Shown: positions 21,460 through 36,400 of the stretch, piece after piece | Layout: each line of letters opens with the position of its first letter | How positions within the stretch are numbered: position 1 is the first letter of the stretch | Source: Isurus oxyrinchus | Lineage: Eukaryota | Direction of reading: 5' to 3' | NCBI GenBank assembly: GCA_026770705.1 | Contig: JANJGN010000016.1 | Coordinates: 88,474,001 to 88,538,000, forward strand | DNA: 64,000 nucleotides | Program-made: the position numbers and the translations under genes | Notes under the pieces: generated by a model | Database searches by the model: none | What the model was told of the DNA's origin: nothing | Seen by the model: only the letters and a program-made list of their open reading frames with translations

Positions 21460-24400
21460 GTGTGAGTGACAGAGTGACCCTGTGCTGTGTTAGTGACAGA
21501 GTGACCCTGTGCTGTGTTAGTGACAGAGTGCACCTGCGCGGCGTTAGTGACAAAGTTACCCTGTGCTGTTTAGTGACATTGTGACTCCGCGCTGGTGTTA
21601 GTGACAGAGTGAGTCTGCGCTGTGTTAGTGACAGAGTGTCTCCGAGCTGTGTTAGTGACACAGTGACCCTGTGCTGCATTATTGACAGAGTGACCCTGCG
21701 CTGTGTTAGTGACAGAGTGACCCTGCGCTGTGTTAATGACAGAGTGACCCTGCGTTTGTGTTAGTGACAGAGTGAGCCTGTGCGGTGTTAGTGACATAGT
21801 GACCATGCGCTCTGTTAGTGACTGAGTTGCCCGCACTGTGTTAGTGACAGAGTGACCTCGTGCTGCGTTAGTGATGAGTTACCCCGCGCTGTGTAAGTGA
21901 CAGAGTGACCTCGCGCTGCGTTAGTGACTGAGTTGCCCGCGCTGCGTTAGTGACAGAATGACCCCGCGCTGTGTTAGTGACAGAGTGACCTCGCGCTGTG
22001 TTAGTGACAGAGTGACCCCGCGCTGCGTTAGTGACAGAGCGACCCTGCGCTGTGTTAGTGACAGAGTGACCCTGCGCTGTGTTAGTAACATAGCTACCCC
22101 GCGTTGCGTTAGTGACAGAGTTACCCTTCGCTGTGTTAATGACAGAGTAACCCTGCGCGGCATTAGTGAAAGAGTGACCCTGCACAGTGTTTGTGACAGA
22201 ATGACACTGCACTGTGTTAGTGACAGAGTTACCCTGCGCTGTGTTAGTGACAGAGTTACCCCGCACTGTGTTAGTGACAGAGTGACCTCGCGCTGCGTTA
22301 GTGACAGAGTGACCCTGTGCTGAGTTAATGACAGAGTGACCCCGCGCTGTGTTAGTGACAGAGTGACTCCGAGCTGTGTTAGTGACAGAGTGACCCTGCG
22401 CTGTGTTAATGACAGATCGACCCTGCACGGCGTTAGTGACAGAGTTACCCCGCGCTGCGTTGGTGACAGAGTGACGCTGTGCTGTGTTAGTGACAGAGTG
22501 ACCCTGCGCTGCTTTAGTGACAGAGTGACCTTGCGCTCTGTTATTGACATAGTTACCCGCGCTGCGTAGTGACAGAGTGACCCCGCGCTGTGTTAGTGAC
22601 AGAGTGACCCTGCGCTGTGTTAGTGACAGAGTGAGCCTGCACTGTGTTTGTTTCAGAGTGACCCTGCGCTGTGTTAGTGACAGATTGACACGGCACTGTG
22701 TTAGTGACAGAGTGACCCTGCGCGGCGTTAGTGACAGAGTGACCCGGCGCTGTGTGAGTGACAGAGTGACCCTGTGCTGTGTTAGTGACAGAGTGACACT
22801 GTGCTGTGTTAGTGACAGAGTGACCCTGCGCTGCGTTAGTGACAGAGTGACCCTGTGCTGCGTTAGTGACAGAGTTACCCTTTGCTGTGTTAATGACAGA
22901 GTAACCCTGCGCGGCATTAGTGACAGAGTGGACCCTGCACAGTGTTTGTGACAGAGTGAGCCTGCACTGTGTTTGTTTCAGAGTGACCCTGCGCTGTGTT
23001 AGTGACAGATTGACACTGCACTGTGTTAGTGACAGAGTGACCCTGCGCGGCGTTAGTGACAGAGTGACTCTGCGTTGTGTTAGTGACAGAGTGACTCTGA
23101 GCTGTGTTAGTGACAGAGTGACCCTGCGCTGTGTTAATGACAGAGTGACCCTGCACGGTGTTAGTGAAAGAGTTACCCCGTGCTGCGTTAGTGACAGAGT
23201 GACCCTGCGCTGTGTTAGTGACAGAGTGGCCCTGCACTGCGTTAGTGACAGTTACCCCGTGCTGTGTTAGTGACAGAGTGCCCCTGCGCTGCGTTAGTGA
23301 CAGAGTGACCCTGCGCTGTGTTAGTAACATAGCTACCCCGCGTTGCGGTTAGTGACAGAGTTACCCTTCGCTGTGTTAATGACAGAGTAACCCTGCGCGG
23401 CATTAGTGAAAGAGTGACCCTGCACAGTGTTAGTGACAGAATGACACTGCACTGTGTTAGTGAGAGAGTGACCCTGTGCTGTGTTAGTGACAGAGTTACC
23501 CTGCGCTGTGTTAGTGACAGAGTGACCCTGCGCTGTGTTAGTGACAAAGTGACACTGCGCTGTGTTAGTGACAGAGTGACCCCGCGTTGCGTTAGTGACA
23601 GAGTTACCCTTCGCTGCGTTAGTGACAGAGTTACCCTTCGCTGCGTTAGTGACAGAGTAACCCTGCGCTGTGTTAGTAACATAGCTACCCCGCGCTGCGT
23701 TAGTGACAGAGTTACCCTGCGCTCCGTTAGTGACAGAGTTACCCTTCGCTGCGTTAGTGACAGAGTGACCCTGCGCTGTGTTAGTGACAGAGTGACCCTG
23801 CGCTGTGTTCGTGACAGAGTGACCCTGCACTGTGTTAGTGACAGAGTGACCCCGCGCTGCATTAGTGACAGTGACCCCGCGCTGTGTTAGTGACAGAATG
23901 ACACTGCACTGTGTTAGTGACAGAGTTACCCTGCGCTGTGTTAGTGACAGAGTTACCCCGCGCTGTGTTAGTGACAGAGTGACCTCGCGCTGCGTTAGTG
24001 ACAGAGTGACCCTGTGCTGAGTTAATGACAGAGTGACCCCGCGCTGTGTTAGTGACAGAGTGACTCTGTGCTGTGTTAGTGACAGAGTGACTCCGAGCTG
24101 TGTTAGTGACAGAGTGACGCTGCGCTGTGTTAGTGACAGAGTTGCCCTGCACGGCGTTAGTGACAGAATGACACTGCACAGTGTTTGTGACAGAATGACA
24201 CTGCACTGTGTTAGTGACAGAGTTACCCTGCGCTGTGTTAGTGACAGAGTTACCCCGCGCTGTGTTAGTGACAGAGTGACCTCGCGCTGCGTTAGTGACA
24301 GAGTGACCCTGTGCTGAGTTAATGACAGAGTGACCCCGCGCTGTGTTAGTGACAGAGTGACTCCGAGCTGTGTTAGTGACAGAGTGACCCTGCGCTGTGT

Positions 24401-27400
24401 TAATGACAGATGACCCTGCACGGCGTTAGTGACAGAGTTACCCCGCGCTGCGTTGGTGACAGAGTGACGCTGTGCTGTTTTAGTGACAGAGTGACCCTGC
24501 GCTGCTTTAGTGACAGAGTGACCATGCGCTCTGTTATTGACATAGGTACCCGCGCTGCGTTAGTGACAGAGTGACCCCGCGCTGTGTTAGTGACAGAGTG
24601 ACCTCGCGCTGCATTATTGACAGAGTGACCCTGCGCTGTGTTAGTGACAGAGTGACCCTGCGCTGTGTTAGTGACAGAGCGACCCTGCGCTGTATCAGCG
24701 TAAGAGTGACCCTGCGCTGTGTTAGTGACAGAGTGACCCTGCGCTGTGTTAGTGACAGAGTGAGCCTGCACTGTGTTTGTTTCAGAGTGACCCTGCGCTG
24801 TGTTAGTGACAGATTGACACTGCACTGTGTTAGTGACAGAGTGACCCTGCGCGGCGTTAGTGTCAGAGTGACTCTGCATTGTGTTAGTGACAGAGTGACT
24901 CCGAGCTGTGTTAGTGACAGAGTGACCCTGCGCTGTCTTAATGACAGTGTGACCCTGCACGGTGTTAGTGAAAGAGTTACCCCGCGCTGCGTGAGTGACA
25001 GAGTGACCCTGCGCTGTGTTAGTGACAGAGTGGCCCTGCACTGCGTTAGTGACAGTTACCCCGTGCTGTGTTAGTGACAGAGTGCCCCTGCGCTGCGTTA
25101 GTGACAGAGTGACCCTGCGCTGTGTAAGTGACAGAGTGACCCTGCGCTGCGTTAGTGAGAGTGACCGCATGCTGCGTTAGTGACAGAGTGACCCTGCGCT
25201 GTGTTAGTGACAGAGTGACCCTGTGCTGCATTAGTGACAGAGTGACCCCATGCTATGTTAGTGATGGAGTGACTCCGCGCTGTGTCAGTGACAGAGTGAC
25301 CCTGCGCTGTGTTAGTGACAGAGTGACCTCGTGCTGCATTAGTGATGGAGTTACCCCGCGCTGCGTTAGTGACAGAGCGTCCCTGCGCTGTGTTAGTGAC
25401 AAAGTGACCCTGCGCTGCGTTAGTGACAGAGTTACCCTTTGCTGCGTTAGTGACAGAGCGACCCTGCGCTGTGTTAGTGACAGAGTGACCCTGCGCTGTG
25501 TTAGTGACAGAGTTACCCTTCGCTGCGTTAGTGACAGAGTTACCCTTCGCTGCGTTAGTGACAGAGTAACCCTGCGCTGTGTTAGTAACATAGCTACCCC
25601 GTGCTGCGTTAGTGACGGAGTTACCCTGCGCTGCGTTAGTGACAGAGTTACCCTTCGCTGCGTTAGTGACAGAGTAACCCTGCGCTGTGTTAATGACAGA
25701 GTAACCCTGCGCTGTGTTCGTGACAGAGTGACCCAGCACTGTGTTAGTGACAGAGTGACCCCGCGCTGCATTAGTGACAGTGACCCCGCGCTGTGTTAGT
25801 GACAGAATGACACTGCACTGTGTTAGTGACAGAGTTACCCTGCGCTGTGTTAGTGACAGAGTTACCCCGCGCTGTGTTAGTGACAGAGTGACCTCGCGCT
25901 GCGTTAGTGACAAAGTGACCCTGTGCTGAGTTAATGACAGAGTGACCCCGCGCTGTGTTAGTGACAGAGTGACTCTGTGCTGTGTTAGTGACAGAGTGAC
26001 TCCGAGCTGTGTTAGTGACACGGCTACCCCGCGCTGCGTTAGTGACAGAGTTACCCTGCGCTGTGTTAGTGACAGAGTTACCCTTCGCTGCGTTAGTGAT
26101 AGAGTGACCCTGCGCTGTGTTAATGACAGAGTAACCCTGCGCGGCATTAGTGACAGAGTGACCCTGCATTGTGTTAGTGACAGAGTGACCCATGCTGTGT
26201 AAATGACAGAGTGACCCTGCACTGTGTTAGTGACAGAGTGACCCTGCGCTGAGTTAGTGACAGAGTGACCCCGCGCTGTGTTAGTCAAAGAGTGTCCCCG
26301 CGCTGTGTTAGTGACAGAGCGATCACGCGCTGCATCAGTGGAAGAGCGAACCTGCAAGGCGTTAGTGACAGAGCGACCCTGCGCTGTATCAGCGTAAGAG
26401 TGACACTGCACTGTGTTAGTGACAGAATGACACTGCACTGTGTTAGTGACAGAGTGACCCCACGCTGTGTTAGTGACAGAGTGACCCCGCGCTGTGTGAG
26501 TGACAGAGTGACCCTGTGCTGTGTGAGTGACAGAGTGACCCTGTGCTGTGTTAGTGACAGAGTGACCCTGTGCTGTGTTAGTGACAGAGTGCACCTGCGC
26601 GGCATTAGTGACAAAGTTACCCTGTGCTGTTTTAGTGACAGTGTGACTCCGCGCTGTGTTAGTGACAGAGTGAGTCTGCGCTGTGTTAGTGACAGAGTGA
26701 CTCCGAGCTGTGTTAGTGACAGTGTGACCCTGTGCTGTGTTAATGACAGAGTTACCCTGCGCTGTGTTAGTGACAGAGTGACCCTGTGCTGTGTTAATGA
26801 CAGAGAGTCCCTGCGCTGTGTTAGTGACAGAGTGAGCCTGTGCGGTGTTAGTGACATAGTGACCATGCGCTCTGTTAGTGACTGAGTTGCCCGTGCTGCG
26901 TTAGTGACAGAATGACCCCGCGCTGTGTTAGTGACAGAGTGACCTCGCGCTGCGTTAGTGATGGAGTTACCCCGCGCTGCGTTAGTGACAGAGCGACCCT
27001 GCGCTGTGTTAGTGACAGAGTGACCCTGCGCTGTGTTAGTGACAGAGTTACCCTTCGCTGCGTTAGTGACAGAGTTACCCTTCGCTGCGTTAGTGACAGA
27101 GTAACCCTGCGCTGTGTTAGTAACATAGCTACCCCGTGCTGCGTTAGTGACGGAGTTACCCTGCGCTGCGTTAGTGACAGAGTTACCCTTCGCTGCGTTA
27201 GTGACAGAGTAACCCTGCGCTGTGTTAATGACAGAGTAACCCTGCGCTGTGTTCGTGACAGAGTGACCCAGCACTGTGTTAGTGACAGAGTGACCCCGCG
27301 CTGCATTAGTGACAGTGACCCCGCGCTGTGTTAGTGACAGAATGACACTGCACTGTGTTAGTGACAGAGTTACCCTGCGCTGTGTTAGTGACAGAGTTAC

Positions 27401-30400
27401 CCCGCGCTGTGTTAGTGACAGAGTGACCTCGCGCTGCGTTAGTGACAAAGTGACCCTGTGCTGAGTTAATGACAGAGTGACCCCGCGCTGTGTTAGTGAC
27501 AGAGTGACTCTGTGCTGTGTTAGTGACAGAGTGACTCCGAGCTGTGTTAGTGACAGAGTGACCCTGCGCTGTGTTAGTGACAGAGTTGCCCTGCACGGCG
27601 TTAGTGACAGAGTTACCCCGTGCTGCGTTGGTGACAGAGTGACCCTGTGCTGTGTTAGTGACAGAGTGACCCTGCGCTGCTTTAGTGACAGAGTGACCAT
27701 GCGCTCTGTTATTGACATAGTTACCCGCGCTTTTTTAGTGACAGAGTGACCCCGCGCTGTGTTAGTGACAGAGTGACCTCGCGCTGCGTTAATGACAGAG
27801 TGACCCTGCGCTGTGTTAGTGACAGAGTGACCCTGCGCTGTGTTATTGACAGAGCGAACCTGCGCTGTATGAGCGTACGAGTGACCCTGCGCTGTGTTAG
27901 TGACAGAGTGACCCTGCGCTGTGTTAGTGACAGAGTTACCCCGCGCTGTGTTAGTGACAGAGTGACCTCGCGCTGCGTTAGTGACAAAGTGACCCTGTGC
28001 TGAGTTAATGACAGAGTGACCCCGCGCTGTGTTAGTGACAGAGTGACTCTGTGCTGTGTTAGTGACAGAGTGACTCCGAGCTGTGTTAGTGACACGGCTA
28101 CCCCGCGCTGCGTTAGTGACAGAGTTACCCTGCGCTGTGTTAGTGACAGAGTTACCCTTCGCTGCGTTAGTGATAGAGTGACCCTGCGCTGTGTTAATGA
28201 CAGAGTAACCCTGCGCGGCATTAGTGACAGAGTGACCCTGCATTGTGTTAGTGACAGAGTGACCCATGCTGTGTAAATGACAGAGTGACCCTGCACTGTG
28301 TTAGTGACAGAGTGACCCTGCGCTGAGTTAGTGACAGAGTGACCCCGCGCTGTGTTAGTCAAAGAGTGTCCCCGCGCTGTGTTAGTGACAGAGCGATCAC
28401 GCGCTGCATCAGTGGAAGAGCGAACCTGCAAGGCGTTAGTGACAGAGCGACCCTGCGCTGTATCAGCGTAAGAGTGACACTGCACTGTGTTAGTGACAGA
28501 ATGACACTGCACTGTGTTAGTGACAGAGTGACCCCACGCTGTGTTAGTGACAGAGTGACCCCGCGCTGTGTGAGTGACAGAGTGACCCTGTGCTGTGTGA
28601 GTGACAGAGTGACCCTGTGCTGTGTTAGTGACAGAGTGACCCTGTGCTGTGTTAGTGACAGAGTGCACCTGCGCGGCATTAGTGACAAAGTTACCCTGTG
28701 CTGTTTTAGTGACAGTGTGACTCCGCGCTGTGTTAGTGACAGAGTGAGTCTGCGCTGTGTTAGTGACAGAGTGACTCCGAGCTGTGTTAGTGACAGTGTG
28801 ACCCTGTGCTGTGTTAATGACAGAGTTACCCTGCGCTGTGTTAGTGACAGAGTGACCCTGTGCTGTGTTAATGACAGAGAGTCCCTGCGCTGTGTTAGTG
28901 ACAGAGTGAGCCTGTGCGGTGTTAGTGACATAGTGACCATGCGCTCTGTTAGTGACTGAGTTGCCCGTGCTGCGTTAGTGACAGAATGACCCCGCGCTGT
29001 GTTAGTGACAGAGTGACCTCGCGCTGCGTTAGTGATGGAGTTACCCCGCGCTGCGTTAGTGACAGAGCGACCCTGCGCTGTGTTAGTGACAGAGTGACCC
29101 TGCGCTGTGTTAGTGACAGAGTTACCCTTCGCTGCGTTAGTGACAGAGTTACCCTTCGCTGCGTTAGTGACAGAGTAACCCTGCGCTGTGTTAGTAACAT
29201 AGCTACCCCGTGCTGCGTTAGTGACGGAGTTACCCTGCGCTGCGTTAGTGACAGAGTTACCCTTCGCTGCGTTAGTGACAGAGTAACCCTGCGCTGTGTT
29301 AATGACAGAGTAACCCTGCGCTGTGTTCGTGACAGAGTGACCCAGCACTGTGTTAGTGACAGAGTGACCCCGCGCTGCATTAGTGACAGTGACCCCGCGC
29401 TGTGTTAGTGACAGAATGACACTGCACTGTGTTAGTGACAGAGTTACCCTGCGCTGTGTTAGTGACAGAGTTACCCCGCGCTGTGTTAGTGACAGAGTGA
29501 CCTCGCGCTGCGTTAGTGACAAAGTGACCCTGTGCTGAGTTAATGACAGAGTGACCCCGCGCTGTGTTAGTGACAGAGTGACTCTGTGCTGTGTTAGTGA
29601 CAGAGTGACTCCGAGCTGTGTTAGTGACAGAGTGACCCTGCGCTGTGTTAGTGACAGAGTTGCCCTGCACGGCGTTAGTGACAGAGTTACCCCGTGCTGC
29701 GTTGGTGACAGAGTGACCCTGTGCTGTGTTAGTGACAGAGTGACCCTGCGCTGCTTTAGTGACAGAGTGACCATGCGCTCTGTTATTGACATAGTTACCC
29801 GCGCTTTTTTAGTGACAGAGTGACCCCGCGCTGTGTTAGTGACAGAGTGACCTCGCGCTGCGTTAATGACAGAGTGACCCTGCGCTGTGTTAGTGACAGA
29901 GTGACCCTGCGCTGTGTTATTGACAGAGCGAACCTGCGCTGTATGAGCGTACGAGTGACCCTGCGCTGTGTTAGTGACAGAGTGACCCTGCGCTGTGTTA
30001 GTGACAGAGTGAGCCTGCACTGTGTTTGTTTCAGAGTGACCCTGCGCTGTGTTAGTGACAGATTGACACTGCACTGTGTTAGTGACAGAGTGACCCTGCG
30101 CGGCGTTAGTGACAGAGTGACTCTGCGTTGTGTTAGTGACAGAGTGACTCCGAGCTGTGTTAGTGACAGAGTGACCCTGCGCTGTGTTAATGACAGAGTA
30201 ACCCTGCACGGTGTTAGTGAAAGAGTTACCCCGCGCTGCGTTAGTGACAGAGTGACCCTGCGCTGTGTTAGTGACAGAGTGGCCCTGCACTGCGTTTGTG
30301 ACAGTTACCCCGTGCTGTGTTAGTGACAGAGTGCCCCTGCGCTGCGTTAGTGACAGAGTGACCCTGCGCTGTGTAAGTGACAGAGTGACCCTGCGCTGCG

Positions 30401-33400
30401 TTAGTGAGAGTGACCGCATGCTGCGTTAGTGCCAGAGTGACCCTGCGCTGTGTTAGTGACAAAGTGACCCTGCGCTGCGTTAGTGACAGAATTAACCTTC
30501 GCTGCGTTAGTGACAGAGTTACCCTTCACTGCGTTAGTGACAGAGTAACCCTGCGCTGTGTTAGTGACACAGCTACCCCGCGCTGCGTTAGTGACAGAGT
30601 TACCCTGCGCTGTGTTAGTGACAGAGTTACCCTTCGCTGCGTTAGTGACAGAGTGACCCTGTGCTGAGTTAATGACAGAGTGACCCCGCGCTGTGTTAGT
30701 GACAGAGTGACTCCGAGCTGTGTTAGTGACAGAGTGACCCTGCGCTGTGTTAATGACAGATGACCCTGCACGGCGTTAGTGACAGAGTTACCCCGCGCTG
30801 CGTTGGTGACAGAGTGACGCTGTGCTGTGTTAGTTACAGAGTGACCCTGCACTGCTTTAGTGACAGAGTGACTATGCGCTCTGTTATTGACATAGTTACC
30901 CGCGCTGCGTTAGTGACAGAGTGACCCCGCGCTGTGTTAGTGACAGAGTGACCTCGCGCTGCGTTATTGACAGAGTGACCCTGCGCTGTGTTAGTGACAG
31001 AGTGACCCTGCGCTGTGTTAGTGACAGAGCGACCCTGCGCTGTATCAGCGTAAGAGTGACCCTGCGCTGTGTTAGTGACAGAGTGAGCCTGCACTGTGTT
31101 TGTTTCAGAGTGACCCTGCGCTGTGTTAGTGACAGATTGACACTGCACTGTGTTAGTGACAGAGTGACCCCGCGCTGTGTTAGTGACAGAGTGACCCGGC
31201 GCTGTGTGAGTGACAGAGTGACCCTGTGCTGTGTTAGTGACAGAGTGACCCTGTGCTGTGTTAGTGACAGAGTGCACCTGCGCGGCGTTAGTGACAAAGT
31301 TACCCTGTGCTGTTTTAGTGACATTGTGACTCCGCGCTGTGTTAGTGACAGAGTGAGTCTGCGCTGTGTTAGTGACAGAGTGTCTCCGAGCTGTGTTAGT
31401 GACACAGTGACCCTGTGCTGCATTATTGACAGAGTGACCCTGCGCTGTGTTAGTGACAGAGTGACCCTGCGCTGTGTTAATGACAGAGTGACCCTGCGTT
31501 GTGTTAGTGACAGAGTGAGCCTGTGCGGTGTTAGTGACATAGTGACCATGCGCTCTGTTAGTGACTGAGTTGCCCGCACTGTGTTAGTGACAGAGTGACC
31601 TCGTGCTGCGTTAGTGATGGAGTTACCCCGCGCTGTGTAAGTGACAGAGTGACCTCGCGCTGCGTTAGTGACTGAGTTGCCCGCGCTGCGTTAGTGACAG
31701 AATGACCCCGCGCTGTGTTAGTGACAGAGTGACCTCGCGCTGTGTTAGTGACAGAGTGACCCCGCGCTGCGTTAGTGACAGAGCGACCCTGCGCTGTGTT
31801 AGTGACAGAGTGACCCTGCGCTGTGTTAGTAACATAGCTACCCCGCGTTGCGTTAGTGACAGAGTTACCCTTCGCTGTGTTAATGACAGAGTAACCCTGC
31901 GCGGCATTAGTGAAAGAGTGACCCTGCACAGTGTTTGTGACAGAATGACACTGCACTGTGTTAGTGACAGAGTTACCCTGCGCTGTGTTAGTGACAGAGT
32001 TACCCCGCACTGTGTTAGTGACAGAGTGACCTCGCGCTGCGTTAGTGACAGAGTGACCCTGTGCTGAGTTAATGACAGAGTGACCCCGCGCTGTGTTAGT
32101 GACAGAGTGACTCCGAGCTGTGTTAGTGACAGAGTGACCCTGCGCTGTGTTAATGACAGATCGACCCTGCACGGCGTTAGTGACAGAGTTACCCCGCGCT
32201 GCGTTGGTGACAGAGTGACGCTGTGCTGTGTTAGTGACAGAGTGACCCTGCGCTGCTTTAGTGACAGAGTGACCATGCGCTCTGTTATTGACATAGTTAC
32301 CCGCGCTGCGTTAGTGACAGAGTGACCCCGCGCTGTGTTAGTGACAGAGTGACCCTGCGCTGTGTTAGTGACAGAGTGAGCCTGCACTGTGTTTGTTTCA
32401 GAGTGACCCTGCGCTGTGTTAGTGACAGATTGACACGGCACTGTGTTAGTGACAGAGTGACCCTGCGCGGCGTTAGTGACAGAGTGACCCGGCGCTGTGT
32501 GAGTGACAGAGTGACCCTGTGCTGTGTTAGTGACAGAGTGACACTGTGCTGTGTTAGTGACAGAGTGACCCTGCGCTGCGTTAGTGACAGAGTGACCCTG
32601 TGCTGCGTTAGTGACAGAGTTACCCTTTGCTGTGTTAATGACAGAGTAACCCTGCGCGGCATTAGTGACAGAGTGACCCTGCACAGTGTTTGTGACAGAG
32701 TGAGCCTGCACTGTGTTTGTTTCAGAGTGACCCTGCGCTGTGTTAGTGACAGATTGACACTGCACTGTGTTAGTGACAGAGTGACCCTGCGCGGCGTTAG
32801 TGACAGAGTGACTCTGCGTTGTGTTAGTGACAGAGTGACTCTGAGCTGTGTTAGTGACAGAGTGACCCTGCGCTGTGTTAATGACAGAGTGACCCTGCAC
32901 GGTGTTAGTGAAAGAGTTACCCCGTGCTGCGTTAGTGACAGAGTGACCCTGCGCTGTGTTAGTGACAGAGTGGCCCTGCACTGCGTTAGTGACAGTTACC
33001 CCGTGCTGTGTTAGTGACAGAGTGCCCCTGCGCTGCGTTAGTGACAGAGTGACCCTGCGCTGTGTAAGTGACAGAGTGACCCTGCGCTGCGTTAGTGAGA
33101 GTGACCGCATGATGCGTTAGTGACAGAGTGACGCTGCGCTGTGTTAGTGACAGAGTGACCCTGTGCTGCATTAGTGACAGAGTGACCCCACGCTATGTTA
33201 GTGATGGAGTGACTCCGCGCTGTGTCAGTGACAGAGTGACCCTGCGCTGTGTTAGTGACAGAGTGACCTCGCGCTGCATGAGTGATGGAGTTACCCCGCG
33301 CTGCGTTAGTGACAGAGCGTCCCTGCGCTGTGTTAGTGACAAAGTGACCCTGCGCTGCGTTAGTGACAGAGTTACCCTTCGCTGCGTTAGTGACAGAGTT

Positions 33401-36400
33401 ACCCTTCACTGCGTTAGTGACAGAGTTACCCTTCGCTGCGTTAGTGATAGAGTGACCCTGCGCTGTGTTAATGACAGAGTAACCCTGCGCGGCATTAGTG
33501 ACAGAGTGACCCTGCATTGTATCAGTGACAGAGTGACCCACGCTGCATCAGTGGAAGAGCGAACCTGCACGGCGTTAGTGACAGCGCGACCCTGCGCTGT
33601 ATCAGCGTAAGACTGACACTGCACTGTGTTAGTGACAGAATGACACTGCACTGTGTTAGTGAGAGAGTGACCCTGTGCTGTGTTAGTGACAGAGTTACCC
33701 TGCGCTGTGTTAGTGACAGAGTGACCCTGCGCTGTGTTAGTGACAAAGTGACACTGCGCTGTGTTAGTGACAGAGTGACCCCGCGCTGTGTTAGTGACAG
33801 AGTGACCCGGCGCTGTGTGAGTGACAGAGTGACCCTGTGCTGTGTTAGTGACAGAGTGACCCTGTGCTGTGTTAGTGACAGAGTGCACCTGCACGGCATT
33901 AGTGACAAAGTTACCCTGTGCTGTTTTAGTGACAGTGTGACTCCGCGCTGTGTTAGTGATAGAGTGAGTCTGCGCTGTGTTAGTGACAGAGTGACCATGC
34001 GCTGTGTTAATGGCAGAGAGTCCCTGCGCTGTGTTAGTGACAGAGTGAGCCTGTGCGGTGTTAGTGACATAGTGACCATGCGCTCTGTTAGTGACTGAGT
34101 TGCCCGTGCTGCGTTAGTGACAGAATGACCCCGCGCTGTGTTAGTGACAGAGTGACCTCGCGCTGCGTTAGTGATGGAGTTACCCCGCGCTGCGTTAGTG
34201 ACAGAGCGACCCTGCGCTGTGTTAGTGACAGAGTGACCCTGCGCTGTGTTAGTGACAGAGTTACCCTTCGCTGCGTTAGTGACAGAGTTACCCTTCGCTG
34301 CGTTAGTGACAGAGTAACCCTGCGCTGTGTTAGTAACATAGCTACCCCGCGCTGCGTTAGTGACAGAGTTACCCTGCGCTCCGTTAGTGACAGAGTTACC
34401 CTTCGCTGCGTTAGTGACACAGTGACCCTGCGCTGTGTTAGTGACAGAGTGACCCTGCGCTGTGTTCGTGACAGAGTGACCCTGCACTGTGTTAGTGACA
34501 GAGTGACCCCGCGCTGCATTAGTGACAGTGACCCCGCGCTGTGTTAGTGACAGAATGACACTGCACTGTGTTAGTGACAGAGTTACCCTGCGCTGTGTTA
34601 GTGACAGAGTTACCCCGCGCTGTGTTAGTGACAGAGTGACCTCGCGCTGCGTTAGTGACAGAGTGACCCTGTGCTGAGTTAATGACAGAGTGACCCCGCG
34701 CTGTGTTAGTGACAGAGTGACTCTGTGCTGTGTTAGTGACAGAGTGACTCCGAGCTGTGTTAGTGACAGAGTGACGCTGCGCTGTGTTAGTGACAGAGTT
34801 GCCCTGCACGGCGTTAGTGACAGAATGACACTGCACAGTGTTTGTGACAGAATGACACTGCACTGTGTTAGTGACAGAGTTACCCTGCGCTGTGTTAGTG
34901 ACAGAGTTACCCCGCGCTGTGTTAGTGACAGAGTGACCTCGCGCTGCGTTAGTGACAGAGTGACCCTGTGCTGAGTTAATGACAGAGTGACCCCGCGCTG
35001 TGTTAGTGACAGAGTGACTCCGAGCTGTGTTAGTGACAGAGTGACCCTGCGCTGTGTTAATGACAGATGATCCTGCACGGCGTTAGTGACAGAGTTACCC
35101 CGCGCTGCGTTGGTGACAGAGTGACGCTGTGCTGTTTTAGTGACAGAGTGACCCTGCGCTGCTTTAGTGACAGAGTGACCATGCGCTCTGTTATTGACAT
35201 AGGTACCCGCGCTGCGTTAGTGACAGAGTGACCCCGCGCTGTGTTAGTGACAGAGTGACCTCGCGCTGCATTATTGACAGAGTGACCCTGCGCTGTGTTA
35301 GTGACAGAGTGACCCTGCGCTGTGTTAGTGACAGAGCGACCCTGCGCTGTATCAGCGTAAGAGTGACCCTGCGCTGTGTTAGTGACAGAGTGACCCTGCG
35401 CTGTGTTAGTGACAGAGTGAGCCTGCACTGTGTTTGTTTCAGAGTGACCCTGCGCTGTGTTAGTGACAGATTGACACTGCACTGTGTTAGTGACAGAGTG
35501 ACCCTGCGCGGCGTTAGTGTCAGAGTGACTCTGCATTGTGTTAGTGACAGAGTGACTCCGAGCTGTGTTAGTGACAGAGTGACCCTGCGCTGTCTTAATG
35601 ACAGTGTGACCCTGCACGGTGTTAGTGAAAGAGTTACCCCGCGCTGCGTGAGTGACAGAGTGACCCTGCGCTGTGTTAGTGACAGAGTGGCCCTGCACTG
35701 CGTTAGTGACAGTTACCCCGTGCTGTGTTAGTGACAGAGTGCCCCTGCGCTGCGTTAGTGACAGAGTGACCCTGCGCTGTGTAAGTGACAGAGTGACCCT
35801 GCGCTGCGTTAGTGAGAGTGACCGCATGCTGCGTTAGTGACAGAGTGACCCTGCGCTGTGTTAGTGACAGAGTGACCCTGTGCTGCATTAGTGACAGAGT
35901 GACCCCATGCTATGTTAGTGATGGAGTGACTCCGCGCTGTGTCAGTGACAGAGTGACCCTGCGCTGTGTTAGTGACAGAGTGACCTCGTGCTGCATTAGT
36001 GATGGAGTTACCCCGCGCTGCGTTAGTGACAGAGCGTCCCTGCGCTGTGTTAGTGACAAAGTGACCCTGCGCTGCGTTAGTGACAGAGTTACCCTTTGCT
36101 GCGTTAGTGACAGAGCGACCCTGCGCTGTGTTAGTGACAGAGTGACCCTGCGCTGTGTTAGTGACAGAGTTACCCTTCGCTGCGTTAGTGACAGAGTTAC
36201 CCTTCGCTGCGTTAGTGACAGAGTAACCCTGCGCTGTGTTAGTAACATAGCTACCCCGTGCTGCGTTAGTGACGGAGTTACCCTGCGCTGCGTTAGTGAC
36301 AGAGTTACCCTTCGCTGCGTTAGTGACAGAGTAACCCTGCGCTGTGTTAATGACAGAGTAACCCTGCGCTGTGTTCGTGACAGAGTGACCCAGCACTGTG

